The notes under the pieces: generated by a model | Told to the model about the DNA's origin: nothing | Databases searched by the model: none | The model's input: only the letters and a program-made list of their open reading frames with translations | From: a virus | Lineage: Duplodnaviria; Caudoviricetes | Direction: 5' to 3' (one strand) | IMG/VR virus record: IMGVR_UViG_3300049437_000032 | Location: 1 to 42,090 of that record | DNA length: 42,090 bases | Shown here: positions 1 to 7,255 of the stretch, piece after piece | Layout: every line of letters begins with the position of its first letter | Position numbering within the stretch: position 1 is the first letter of the stretch | Position numbers and translations under genes: made by a program

Positions 1-9
1 GTCCCGGGC

Positions 10-38
10 TTGACTCCCCGGCGGGCCGTCCGGAGAAT
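10..38 (+). promoter_or_regulatory. sigma70-like promoter of host tRNA gene
   Basis: TTGACT (10-15), 17-bp spacer, GAGAAT (33-38), just upstream of the tRNA. Confidence 0.65.
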
Positions 39-50
39 CCGCGGTCCGCT

Positions 51-127
51 GGAAAGGTAGCTCAGCTGGTTAGAGCACGGCACTCATAATGCCGGGGTCG
101 AGGGTTCGAGTCCCTCCCTTTCCACCA
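51..127 (+). tRNA. tRNA-Met (CAT), elongator type; prophage integration target
   Basis: 77-nt cloverleaf: acceptor GGAAAGG/CCTTTCC, D-arm GCTC/GAGC, anticodon stem CGGCA/TGCCG with loop CTCATAA, T-arm GAGGG-TTCGAGT-CCCTC, encoded CCA. The G1-C72 pair argues against initiator; Ile2 is not fully excluded. Confidence 0.95.
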
Positions 128-1203
128 GAATCAACCACTTGCGAGGCCTGATTTTCAGCCTCTTCCGACTGTGCCACTTTCTGTGCGCGCAGGCTGCGGT
201 CCGCATACTGCGCCAGGTGCCCGGGCGCCAGGTGCCCGTAGCGCAGCACCATCTCGAACGACTTCCAGCCGCCCAGCTCCTTCAGCACCTGTAGCGGCGT
301 CTCGTCCTGCGCGTGCCAGCTCGCCCAGGTGTGGCGCAGCTTGTGGAACGAGAAGCCCGCCGGCAGGCCGGCGCGCCTGCACGCGGCGCGGAACGCGCGC
401 GTCGACACCTTCTGGATCGGCGCGATCTGCCGGAAGTAGAAGACGTAGGGCGTATCACAGGTGCGCTCGCGCTGGATCCACTTCGCGAGCACCGCCACCG
501 CGTCGTCATTCAGCGGCACGACGCGCGCCTCGCCGTTCTTCGCAACGGCCGCGGGGACGAAGGCTGTCCTGCGCGCGAGGTCGACGTAGGCTATCTGAAG
601 TCTCGTGACCTCGCTCTTTCGCATGCCGGTCGCGCACGCGAGGATCGCCATGTCGGCGGCGTGCTCGTGCAGTTCGGCCAGCAGTGCCGCTACCTGCTCG
701 CGCGTCGCCCAGATGGGCTCGACCTTCGGGAGCTTGAACAGTGGCACCTTCGGCGCGGCGTCCAACATCTTCCAGGGCGAGACGCACCGGCGCAGGATCT
801 TGCTGAGCTCGGCCAGCACCCGGTTGACGGTCGAGCGCGCCACCGGCCGGCCCTGGTGCTGCTGAGCGGCCAGGATGGTGCGGACGCGCAGCAGGTTCTC
901 GTGCTCCGCGACCTCAGTGAGCTGCGCGCCGGCGAGCAGCGGGGCGAGCTTCTCGATCGCCCGCTCGGTGCGCTCCCATCCGCGCTTGTCGGCGTCCTCC
1001 TGGCGCAGCTGTGCGATCGCGTCATCCCAGGTGAAGCGCTTCTCGCCTAGCTGGATCTGCCGCCAGAGATCAGCGCGAAGTTTCTGCTCGAGGGCTTCGG
1101 CCTCTCGTCGGTTGGTGGTGGCAGTAGTGCGTCTAGTCTCGATGCCAGCGAGCTTGAAGCGGATCTGGAGATACGGGGAGCCTTTGCGACGGCTGACGGG
1201 CAT
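70..1203 (-). CDS. int: tyrosine recombinase (phage integrase); ORF runs through the att core
   Basis: Catalytic motifs TGMRKSE (R), K, HKLRHT (HxxR), LGGW and RYGH (Y); ATG at 1203 (MPVSRRKGSPY). Confidence 0.95.
   Translation of the reverse strand: MPVSRRKGSPYLQIRFKLAGIETRRTTATTNRREAEALEQKLRADLWRQIQLGEKRFTWDDAIAQLRQEDADKRGWERTERAIEKLAPLLAGAQLTEVAEHENLLRVRTILAAQQHQGRPVARSTVNRVLAELSKILRRCVSPWKMLDAAPKVPLFKLPKVEPIWATREQVAALLAELHEHAADMAILACATGMRKSEVTRLQIAYVDLARRTAFVPAAVAKNGEARVVPLNDDAVAVLAKWIQRERTCDTPYVFYFRQIAPIQKVSTRAFRAACRRAGLPAGFSFHKLRHTWASWHAQDETPLQVLKELGGWKSFEMVLRYGHLAPGHLAQYADRSLRAQKVAQSEEAENQASQVVDSGGKGGTRTLDPGIMSAVL
82..127 (+). repeat. attL core (3' part of tRNA-Met)
   Basis: ACTCATAATGCCGGGGTCGAGGGTTCGAGTCCCTCCCTTTCCACCA, identical to 41964-42009. 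Confidence 0.97.
129..141 (+). promoter_or_regulatory. IHF binding site next to attL
   Basis: AATCAACCACTTG fully matches WATCAANNNNTTR; near-consensus copy on the minus strand at 41924-41936. Confidence 0.6.
170..188 (+). repeat. putative integrase arm-type site (left arm)
   Basis: TGTGCCACTTTCTGTGCGC, 18/19 identical to 41840-41858 near attR. Confidence 0.65.
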
Positions 1204-1376
1204 GGTTTCACGTTCTCCAGGCAGCGCGCGCGCAGCCACTCATCGAGCAGAGTCTCGTCGAAGACCCACAGCCTGCCAAGCTTCGTCGCCGGCACGAGGC
1301 CGGCCGCGGCCAGACCCCGGAGCATCTTCGGCTTCAGGTTCAGGCGCTTGGCGGCGGGTTCGAGGCGCAGGCTCAC
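1047..1376 (-). CDS. xis: excisionase-like helix-turn-helix protein
   Basis: AAKRLNL...LAAAGLVPATKLGRLWVF is typical of Xis/HTH_17; lies directly upstream of int and overlaps it. Confidence 0.75.
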   Translation of the reverse strand: MSLRLEPAAKRLNLKPKMLRGLAAAGLVPATKLGRLWVFDETLLDEWLRARCLENVKPCPSAVAKAPRISRSASSSLASRLDALLPPPTDERPKPSSRNFALISGGRSS

Positions 1377-1678
1377 GGCGTCTTCACAGCCCGGACGACC
1401 TCGCCGAGCATGAGCTGGAGCGCGGCTTCTGCCGCCGGGCCGCTGAAGTGAACTACAACCGAGGCGCCGCGGACCGTCCGCCGGACGCTGGCGACCCTGC
1501 CCTCGGTCCCGTGATCGATGTGATAGGCGCTCCGGTGCGCGGCCGAGCAGAAGACCTGTGAGGGCCGCGCAGGGGTGAAGAGCCCATGGCAGTAGGCGCA
1601 GGGGCGAGCTTCGATCTGGACGCCTTCAGAACGCGTTTTATCGGCACTGAGGGTGTGCTTCGGCGATGCCTCACTCAC
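1373..1678 (-). CDS. hypothetical protein with CxxC...CSxxH zinc-binding motif
   Basis: GTGA overlap with the upstream stop; CAYCHGLFTPARPSQVFCSAAHR. Confidence 0.65.
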   Translation of the reverse strand: MSEASPKHTLSADKTRSEGVQIEARPCAYCHGLFTPARPSQVFCSAAHRSAYHIDHGTEGRVASVRRTVRGASVVVHFSGPAAEAALQLMLGEVVRAVKTP

Positions 1679-2055
1679 CTCAGCAGCTCCCGTATATCCC
1701 GGCAGTCCGCGCAATCCTCCTGGCAGACGGTTCCCGCGCTCAGGACGCCCGTACCGTCACAGGCTGCGCATTCGCTGACCCACTCGCGCACGGCCTTCTC
1801 CAGCGCCTCGACGCGGGCGAGGAGGGCGGCTCGCTCTGTCAGCAGCGCGCACATTTCAGACGACCGGACGTGGATGTAAGGGCGCTGATCCGACGCATTC
1901 GTGCGCGGCGCGTCGAGCCGTCCGCGGAGGCTATCGAGCAGGGCCAGAGTTACAGATTGCCAGCCGCGCTGCGCACAAGCACAGGTTGTGCCGGTTAGCG
2001 GGTCCGAGCGAATCGGCTCGACGCACGCTCCGCATTTGACATGCTCTGCGCTCAT
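1675..2055 (-). CDS. hypothetical Cys-rich phage protein
   Basis: ATGA-coupled start at 2055 (MSAEHVKCGAC); CAACDGTG and CADC motifs. Confidence 0.6.
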   Translation of the reverse strand: MSAEHVKCGACVEPIRSDPLTGTTCACAQRGWQSVTLALLDSLRGRLDAPRTNASDQRPYIHVRSSEMCALLTERAALLARVEALEKAVREWVSECAACDGTGVLSAGTVCQEDCADCRDIRELLR

Positions 2056-2168
2056 CGGAGCCAATCCTCCCCGCATTTCGTGCACGTCAACTCTCTTTCC
2101 CATAGGTGGAATCCGAGCAGGCAGAGCAGCGAGCGTCGATACCACTTAACCTTTCGCACGTCGCTCAC
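2052..2168 (-). CDS. 38-aa zinc-ribbon microprotein (DUF1660-like), absent from ORF track
   Basis: MSDVRKVKWYRRSLLCLLGFHLWERELTCTKCGEDWLR; start and stop both overlap the neighbours (GTGA/ATGA). Confidence 0.6.
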   Translation of the reverse strand: MSDVRKVKWYRRSLLCLLGFHLWERELTCTKCGEDWLR

Positions 2169-2395
2169 TTCGCATCTCCCAGCAGGATCGCGTAGCTGAT
2201 GCCCGATGCCTTGCGGATGGCAGCCAGTGTCGAGAGGTCGCAGCCCTTATCGGCCTCTATACGGCAGAGCGTCGCCGACGACAGCCCGAGCTTTCGAGCG
2301 TAGGCCCGCATGCTCAGTCCGGTCAGGGCGCGGGCTGTGCGCATCGTGTTCCCGAGCGCGCTGTTAACAGATGGTGCGCTGTTAGGCGAAGTCAT
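2165..2395 (-). CDS. XRE/HTH_3 family DNA-binding protein
   Basis: RTARALTGLSMRAYARKLGLSSATLCRIEA helix-turn-helix. Confidence 0.8.
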   Translation of the reverse strand: MTSPNSAPSVNSALGNTMRTARALTGLSMRAYARKLGLSSATLCRIEADKGCDLSTLAAIRKASGISYAILLGDAK

Positions 2396-2691
2396 CGCAG
2401 TGCCCTCCCATCAGCAAGGCCGCGTGCGTAGCCGGCTTCCTCCGCTTCGCGCAATTTCGTGGCGTGGTCGGCGCGCTCGCGCTCGATCAGGCGATGCAAT
2501 TCCGTGTCCTCAATCGAATGTTCGATGTCGCGCTTTTCCATGCGGCGAAACTCGGCCCGATCAATCCGGCAGATCGGATCGCAGCTACGCAAGTAACCGA
2601 AATGCTCCCGCGCGGATGCCTCGTCGGTACATACCTCGTCGCAGTGAAAGCACCGCCACGACTTATTCTCACTATTCGACGAAGCGGTCAT
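2392..2691 (-). CDS. hypothetical protein with CFHC...H zinc finger and coiled coil
   Basis: ATGA-coupled start at 2691; WRCFHCDEVCTDEASAREHFG. Confidence 0.7.
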   Translation of the reverse strand: MTASSNSENKSWRCFHCDEVCTDEASAREHFGYLRSCDPICRIDRAEFRRMEKRDIEHSIEDTELHRLIERERADHATKLREAEEAGYARGLADGRALR

Positions 2692-2867
2692 TGATCCTCC
2701 CACCCGTGTTTGATGCCAGCGCAGAACGCGTCCCACAGTTGATCTACTGCCTTGTCGCGATAGCAGATTCCGTCGAACTTGCGGCTCGCTTCCGGTTGGC
2801 TGCTCTCCATCCAATCTTCGAATGCACGACGACCGCGTGACATAGCCCGAACGTTCGGCGAAGTCAT
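2688..2867 (-). CDS. 59-aa hypothetical protein, absent from ORF track
   Basis: MTSPNVRAMSRGRRAFEDWMESSQPEASRKFDGICYRDKAVDQLWDAFCAGIKHGWEDQ; ATGA overlaps at both ends. Confidence 0.65.
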   Translation of the reverse strand: MTSPNVRAMSRGRRAFEDWMESSQPEASRKFDGICYRDKAVDQLWDAFCAGIKHGWEDQ

Positions 2868-3778
2868 GCCGCCCTCCGGATCTCATCGAGCACGCGCGAC
2901 GCCATCAGTGGCGGGATCGCGTTGCCCAGAAGGTGCTTTGCCAACTGCACCTGTGGCGGCAAGAGGTACGTGTCCGGGAAGCTCATCGCTCGGCGGCTTT
3001 CCGCCACGCTGAGGAAGCGCGCGCGGTTCCCCTTCACGATGAGCCAACGGTCCTTGGTTGTGAGCGTACCGATGGGCCGGTCAACGCTGCGGCCTGTCAT
3101 CCCGGAGCCGCGGCTGTAGTAGGGCGCCACGAACCGCTCGCCGTGTTCCCGTCGGCCCGCCTGAATCCGAGCGAACGATCGCGGCCTGAAGCGGCGGCGG
3201 CTGATGACGGGCCAGTCGCCCCTATCCCAGTCGATGATGGCCGCGACCGGCTGATGCGCGGCGCGGCGCGGCTTCAGGATCAGCGGCGCCTTGGAGCGTG
3301 AAGCGACGAGGATCAGCCGCACCCGCTCCTGCGGGACGCCGAAGTCAGCGGCGTTCAGGATGTGGGGCGAGAGCGTGTAGCCGAGCGCGCGCATCGCCTC
3401 GCACCAGGCGGGCCATAGCACCCACTTCGTCCATGCCGGAACGTTCTCGCAGACGATGATGGCCGGGCGCTTCGCCTCGGCGCAGTCGACGACGGCCCAG
3501 GCCGTCGAACGAGAGGCATCGTGGCGCGGCTGATCCTTGCCGCGGGCTGGTGAATGCCCCTGGCACGATGGGGAGGCCAGTAGGATGTCGAAGTCTGGCA
3601 GATCGTGAAAGTCCGCCTGCCGCAAGTCCTGGCAGGAGTGCAGGACCCGCGGATGGTTGCGACGGTGCCAGTCGACCGCGACCGGCCAATGGTTCGCCGC
3701 GTACACGACGCGGATACCGGCCGACTCGGCCCCTTCTGTGAAGCCGCCGAGGCCCGCGAAGAGATCGGCGGCGTTCAT
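2864..3778 (-). CDS. DNA (cytosine-5) methyltransferase, orphan
   Basis: Motif I DLFAGLGG, IV SPSCQ, VI ENV, VIII PQERVR, X LLGNAI; ATG at 3778 overlaps the RT stop. Confidence 0.93.
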   Translation of the reverse strand: MNAADLFAGLGGFTEGAESAGIRVVYAANHWPVAVDWHRRNHPRVLHSCQDLRQADFHDLPDFDILLASPSCQGHSPARGKDQPRHDASRSTAWAVVDCAEAKRPAIIVCENVPAWTKWVLWPAWCEAMRALGYTLSPHILNAADFGVPQERVRLILVASRSKAPLILKPRRAAHQPVAAIIDWDRGDWPVISRRRFRPRSFARIQAGRREHGERFVAPYYSRGSGMTGRSVDRPIGTLTTKDRWLIVKGNRARFLSVAESRRAMSFPDTYLLPPQVQLAKHLLGNAIPPLMASRVLDEIRRAA

Positions 3779-5052
3779 GCGTTCCCTCGCGGCAGCCATG
3801 GGAATCGCTTCCGCAGCCTCGCCAGCAATCGGTGATGCCGCGCGTGGCGGAAATGCCCGAGGTAGCTCGCCCACAGGCTCTGCCGCCGATCGAGCGCCTC
3901 GACCGGGATCACCGCGCCCGTGCAGTACTGCCGTTCCCAGGCGGCGAGCTTCTCGCGAGCGTGGCCGATGACACGCTCGCGCACGACCGTGTGATACGGG
4001 TAGATCACGTACCCTAGGAAATCGATGCCGGCGCCGAGCCTTCGGAGGCGCTGATCGGCCTTGAGTTCGAGCCGGAGTTCCGCCTTCAGGAACGCGGCGA
4101 TCGCGACACGCCAGCGTTCGAGCTGCTCGGCGTCCCGGTGCACGAGCACGAAGTCGTCGACGTAGCGAACATAGCGCGGCACCTTCAGCGAGTGCTTGAC
4201 GAACTGGTCGAGCCGATCGAGGTAGACGTTCGCAAAGAACTGCGAGGACAGATTGCCGATGGCAATGCCACAGCCCGGCCCCGCGTTCTCCAGGCGCTTG
4301 TGCGGCGGCACCGCTGCACGCTCGGCATCGGTGCAGGCCCACCGAACACCGGTCCGCGAGAGCGGGTAGTTGAGCAGCGCGTGCACGGCCTTGCGCGCCT
4401 CGATCGAGAGGCCCGCGCGCTCCATCCGGATCTTCAGCAGCTCGTAGAGCGTCGGCCGGTGGATGGAGTTGAAGAAGTTCCTGATGTCGAGCTGTAGATA
4501 GGACCCGCCGCCCTGGCCTGACTCCACCTGGCGCACCATGCCGCGGAGCCGCTCGACGGCCATGTGTGTGCCCTTGCCGGCACGATTCGAGAAGCTGTCG
4601 TGGATGAACGTCGGCTCGTAGATTCGCTCCAACTGCGGGACGAGCCAGTGGTGCACGACGCGATCGGCGAACGCCGGGGCGTGAATCTCCCGCGCCTTCG
4701 GGGCGATCGCGATAAAGCACGTGGGCGGCGATGGGTGCCAGGTCTGCGCCCGCAGCCGTGCCTCCAGCTCGAGCAGCCTGTCGATGTAGTGGGCATGGAA
4801 GTCGGCTTGCCCCGCGCTGGGCTTCTTCCCGCGGCGGGCTTCCCGGTAGGCAGCATGGAGAGCGCGGAAGGTGGGTGAACCCTGACACTCACCGGCGAGA
4901 ACCGCGCGAACGCGCCCCTGATTGCTCTGGTGGCTGCGGTTGGAATTGCCGTTGTTGAGGTTGACGTTCCACGCGTAGCCCGAGGGGGCAGCAGCTATCC
5001 CGAGCGCTTGGAACTCCGGCGGGCATCCTTGTGGGTAGCACGTCGTCGTCAT
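3775..5052 (-). CDS. DGR reverse transcriptase (TR lies in-frame in its 5' end)
   Basis: PKAREI, FADRVVHH, DSFSNRAGKGTH, LDIRNFFNSI, GIAIGNLSSQFFAN (DGR-type SQ motif), RYVDD, GIDFLGY; ATG at 5052 overlaps the avd stop. Confidence 0.95.
   Translation of the reverse strand: MTTTCYPQGCPPEFQALGIAAAPSGYAWNVNLNNGNSNRSHQSNQGRVRAVLAGECQGSPTFRALHAAYREARRGKKPSAGQADFHAHYIDRLLELEARLRAQTWHPSPPTCFIAIAPKAREIHAPAFADRVVHHWLVPQLERIYEPTFIHDSFSNRAGKGTHMAVERLRGMVRQVESGQGGGSYLQLDIRNFFNSIHRPTLYELLKIRMERAGLSIEARKAVHALLNYPLSRTGVRWACTDAERAAVPPHKRLENAGPGCGIAIGNLSSQFFANVYLDRLDQFVKHSLKVPRYVRYVDDFVLVHRDAEQLERWRVAIAAFLKAELRLELKADQRLRRLGAGIDFLGYVIYPYHTVVRERVIGHAREKLAAWERQYCTGAVIPVEALDRRQSLWASYLGHFRHARHHRLLARLRKRFPWLPRGNA
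4891..4995 (-). repeat. DGR template repeat (TR), 105 bp
   Basis: AAC/AAT-rich, with 20 adenines in 13 codons (reads AAAPSGYAWNVNLNNGNSNRSHQSNQGRVRAVLAG); three copies elsewhere differ almost only at its adenines. Confidence 0.97.
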
Positions 5053-5486
5053 GGTGCTGCCTCTTGCGAGGCGGCCCGGGAACTCAGTGTCCGAGCGCGC
5101 TGGGCAGGACTTGCGGCCTGCCCATTCTGGCTCTGCGAATACAACTCCTTCAGCCACCCTCCACACTGCCGACCGAGATTGGTGACGAGCCGCGCCAGGG
5201 CGTCGAACTCGCCAAAACTGCGAAATGCGCTCACGTCCTTGGCGAGCTGCATGGAATCCTTCAGATCATCAATCGCCTCGGAAAGATCCTGCGCGAGCTT
5301 CCGCCGGCGATGCATCGCCTTGGACAGCCACGCCTGACGCACGAGCCGGACCACGGCCCGCGCGTCCCGACGCAGATCCCCGCCGCTGTCATAGCGATCG
5401 GTGCGCTTGAAACGCGTCACCGCCTGTTCTATGGCAGCCCGGACGCGCTGCGCATCGAGCCAGATTTGAGGCAAGTTCCTACGCAT
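5049..5486 (-). CDS. avd: DGR accessory variability determinant (Avd, four-helix bundle)
   Basis: 145-aa basic helical protein between VR1 and TR/RT; FKRTDRYDSGGDLR and LGRQCGGWLK resemble Avd/23S-IVP bundle motifs. Confidence 0.88.
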   Translation of the reverse strand: MRRNLPQIWLDAQRVRAAIEQAVTRFKRTDRYDSGGDLRRDARAVVRLVRQAWLSKAMHRRRKLAQDLSEAIDDLKDSMQLAKDVSAFRSFGEFDALARLVTNLGRQCGGWLKELYSQSQNGQAASPAQRARTLSSRAASQEAAP

Positions 5487-5495
5487 CAGCCCGTC

Positions 5496-6068
5496 TCAGA
5501 TCCCAAGTCCAAGCTGCTGACCGGCGAGAACCGCGCGAACGCGCCCCTGAGCGCTCTGGTGGCTGCGGTCGGAACCGCCGCCGTCGAGGTCGACGAGCCA
5601 CGCGAAGCCCGAGGGGGCAGCAGCGACGGTGCGCGTCCAGAGCCAGTCATACGGGCCCCGGAAATAGGCGGGATCGACGGCCGGGTCGCAGCGTTCGTAG
5701 TCGATGATCGTGAGCGTCTGGCGAATCTCGGAGGCGAGCCAGGCGGAGCTGCCGAACAGGCGGACGGCCGCCGCGGCTTCGAGCGCCTTCGCGTGCTCGA
5801 CCTGGCCGCACGCCAGCGCATGCGTCCAGACGAGATCGGTCTCGCGATCCCAGGTGACGAGCCAGCGGTCGATGGCAGCGTCGTGGACTTCCTCGCGGTC
5901 GGCATCCAGCCGCAGGAAGCGGCCCTTCGCGATCGGGAGGCGCTTCGGCGTTGCCGGCCGCGGCTGCTCGTCCAGGAGCCGCTCCGCGATGCGCAGCAGT
6001 TCGATGGGCGTGGCGCCCTGAATGTGGCGGGCGAAGACGCCGCGCAGGTCGGTGGCGAGTGTGCTCAT
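5496..6068 (-). CDS. DGR target protein 1, DUF1566/Lcl-C (C-type lectin-like) domain
   Basis: DRETDLVW...W....IRQTLTIIDY...PAVDPAYF....WLWT..AW.V...G....RVRAV pattern; carries VR1 at its 3' end. Confidence 0.9.
   Translation of the reverse strand: MSTLATDLRGVFARHIQGATPIELLRIAERLLDEQPRPATPKRLPIAKGRFLRLDADREEVHDAAIDRWLVTWDRETDLVWTHALACGQVEHAKALEAAAAVRLFGSSAWLASEIRQTLTIIDYERCDPAVDPAYFRGPYDWLWTRTVAAAPSGFAWLVDLDGGGSDRSHQSAQGRVRAVLAGQQLGLGI
5520..5624 (-). repeat. DGR variable repeat VR1
   Basis: 12 mismatches to TR over 105 bp, all at TR adenines, no indels. Confidence 0.97.
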
Positions 6069-6100
6069 GGCAATCCTTGGGTGATGCACCGAGTTCCGAA

Positions 6101-6541
6101 TTACTGACCGGCGAGAACCGCGCGAACGCGCCCCTGAGCGCTCTGGTGGCTGCGGTTGGAAAGGCCGAAGTCGAGGTCGACGAGCCACGCGGAGCCCGAG
6201 GGGGCAGCAGCGCGGGTCCGCGTCCAGGTCCAGTCGCAGCCGGGCTCCTCGGCGTCGGGGAAGAACTTCACCGGCAACACCTGGCGCTGTAAGCGATCGC
6301 ACCAGAGGAAGGCCTCTTCGACTTCGGGCGCGCGCACGGCGCGGCCGGCGATGGTCGCGGCATCGGCCGCGGCGATCGCCGCCTCGTGCGGCAGTTCCTG
6401 CTCGCTCATCAGGGCGGCCACGATCTGCGAGATCGCGACGCCGCAGATCGTGCGGCTGACGCGTACGAACGGGTGCGGCTGCGGGTGATCTTCCGGCAGT
6501 TCGTTCAGGTCGGCATCGAGCTTGGTGTAGGTGACGGTCAT
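6101..6541 (-). CDS. DGR target protein 2, DUF1566-like
   Basis: 146 aa, AGGA RBS; RAPEVEE, WTWTRT..AW.V motifs; carries VR2. Confidence 0.9.
   Translation of the reverse strand: MTVTYTKLDADLNELPEDHPQPHPFVRVSRTICGVAISQIVAALMSEQELPHEAAIAAADAATIAGRAVRAPEVEEAFLWCDRLQRQVLPVKFFPDAEEPGCDWTWTRTRAAAPSGSAWLVDLDFGLSNRSHQSAQGRVRAVLAGQ
6107..6211 (-). repeat. DGR variable repeat VR2
   Basis: 11 mismatches to TR, all at TR adenines. Confidence 0.97.
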
Positions 6542-6571
6542 GGGAGATTCCTTCTGTGATGTGGAGAACGT

Positions 6572-6938
6572 CTAGAGCAAGGTCACTTGTTCAGGCACGA
6601 CGATGAGTTCGAGCGCGGCCTGGTCGGGCCGCCAGTCGTTGCTCTTCGCCTGGTTGCAGCTCTCCGGCACCACCCGCAGATTCCACGGCACGGTAAGCCC
6701 GCAGACGTAGGGGTGCTGAACGGGAATGATGTGGTCGACCACGTGCCTGCGCCCGGTGCGCAGCGTGAGTTCCTTCGCGCGCAGGCGAAGCGCGTCGAGC
6801 GCCTTGCGATCGACCCAGGGCGGCGTCGCGAGCGCGACGGCAATGAGCCGCTTTCGCCGGCTGTGACGCTCGAGCCAGGGCGGGTGATCGCCGGCAACGA
6901 TCCGCGCGCCAGGCGGGCGACCATCGTTGCGAGCTCAT
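6572..6938 (-). pseudogene. HNH endonuclease lacking an in-frame start (frameshifted or readthrough)
   Basis: Frame 6934-6572 encodes ATPPWVD...HVVDHIIPVQHPYVCGLTVPWNLRVVPESCNQAKSN; the coupled ATG at 6938 is in a different frame. Confidence 0.7.
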
Positions 6939-7255
6939 GCTTGCAGCTCCGCGCGAAGGCGCTGGCGCTTGAGGCACCAGCCGCGGCGATGCGGGTAGTG
7001 CGCCTCCAGGCAGTGGCATAGCACCTTGCGATGCTCGCGGCGCAGCGTGCGGTTGTAGTCGACGCGAAGCGGACCACGGCACACACGGCAGCGTTTCCCG
7101 CGCTGATAGGTGGCCGGATGCTTGGCGAGCGTGACCCGGGTCCGGCAGCCGTAGTTGCCGCAGACGCATTTCCAGCGGCGCTTCGTCGTGCAGGACGCGC
7201 GGCGATACTCCGGCTTGCGGTGCTGGCCGGCATCACAGCGCAGACGCCGGCGCAC
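6935..7255 (-). CDS. Cys/His-rich putative zinc-binding protein
   Basis: CVCGNYGC, CRVC and CHC...HYPHRRGWC motifs; start uncertain. Confidence 0.65.
   Translation of the reverse strand: MRRRLRCDAGQHRKPEYRRASCTTKRRWKCVCGNYGCRTRVTLAKHPATYQRGKRCRVCRGPLRVDYNRTLRREHRKVLCHCLEAHYPHRRGWCLKRQRLRAELQA

Noticed and set aside
1047-1203. xis/int overlap as a programmed frameshift fusion
   Set aside because: Such overlaps are common, int has its own ATG, and I see no slippery site
3779-4888. Apparent 674-aa ORF giving the methyltransferase a long N-terminal extension
   Set aside because: The extension is an alternative frame over the RT gene; the MTase motifs start at the ATGA-coupled Met at 3778
3775-5052. 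RT as group II intron, retron or Abi-type RT
   Set aside because: The SQ motif, adjacent avd and adenine-specific TR/VR pairs identify a DGR; there is no maturase/endonuclease extension
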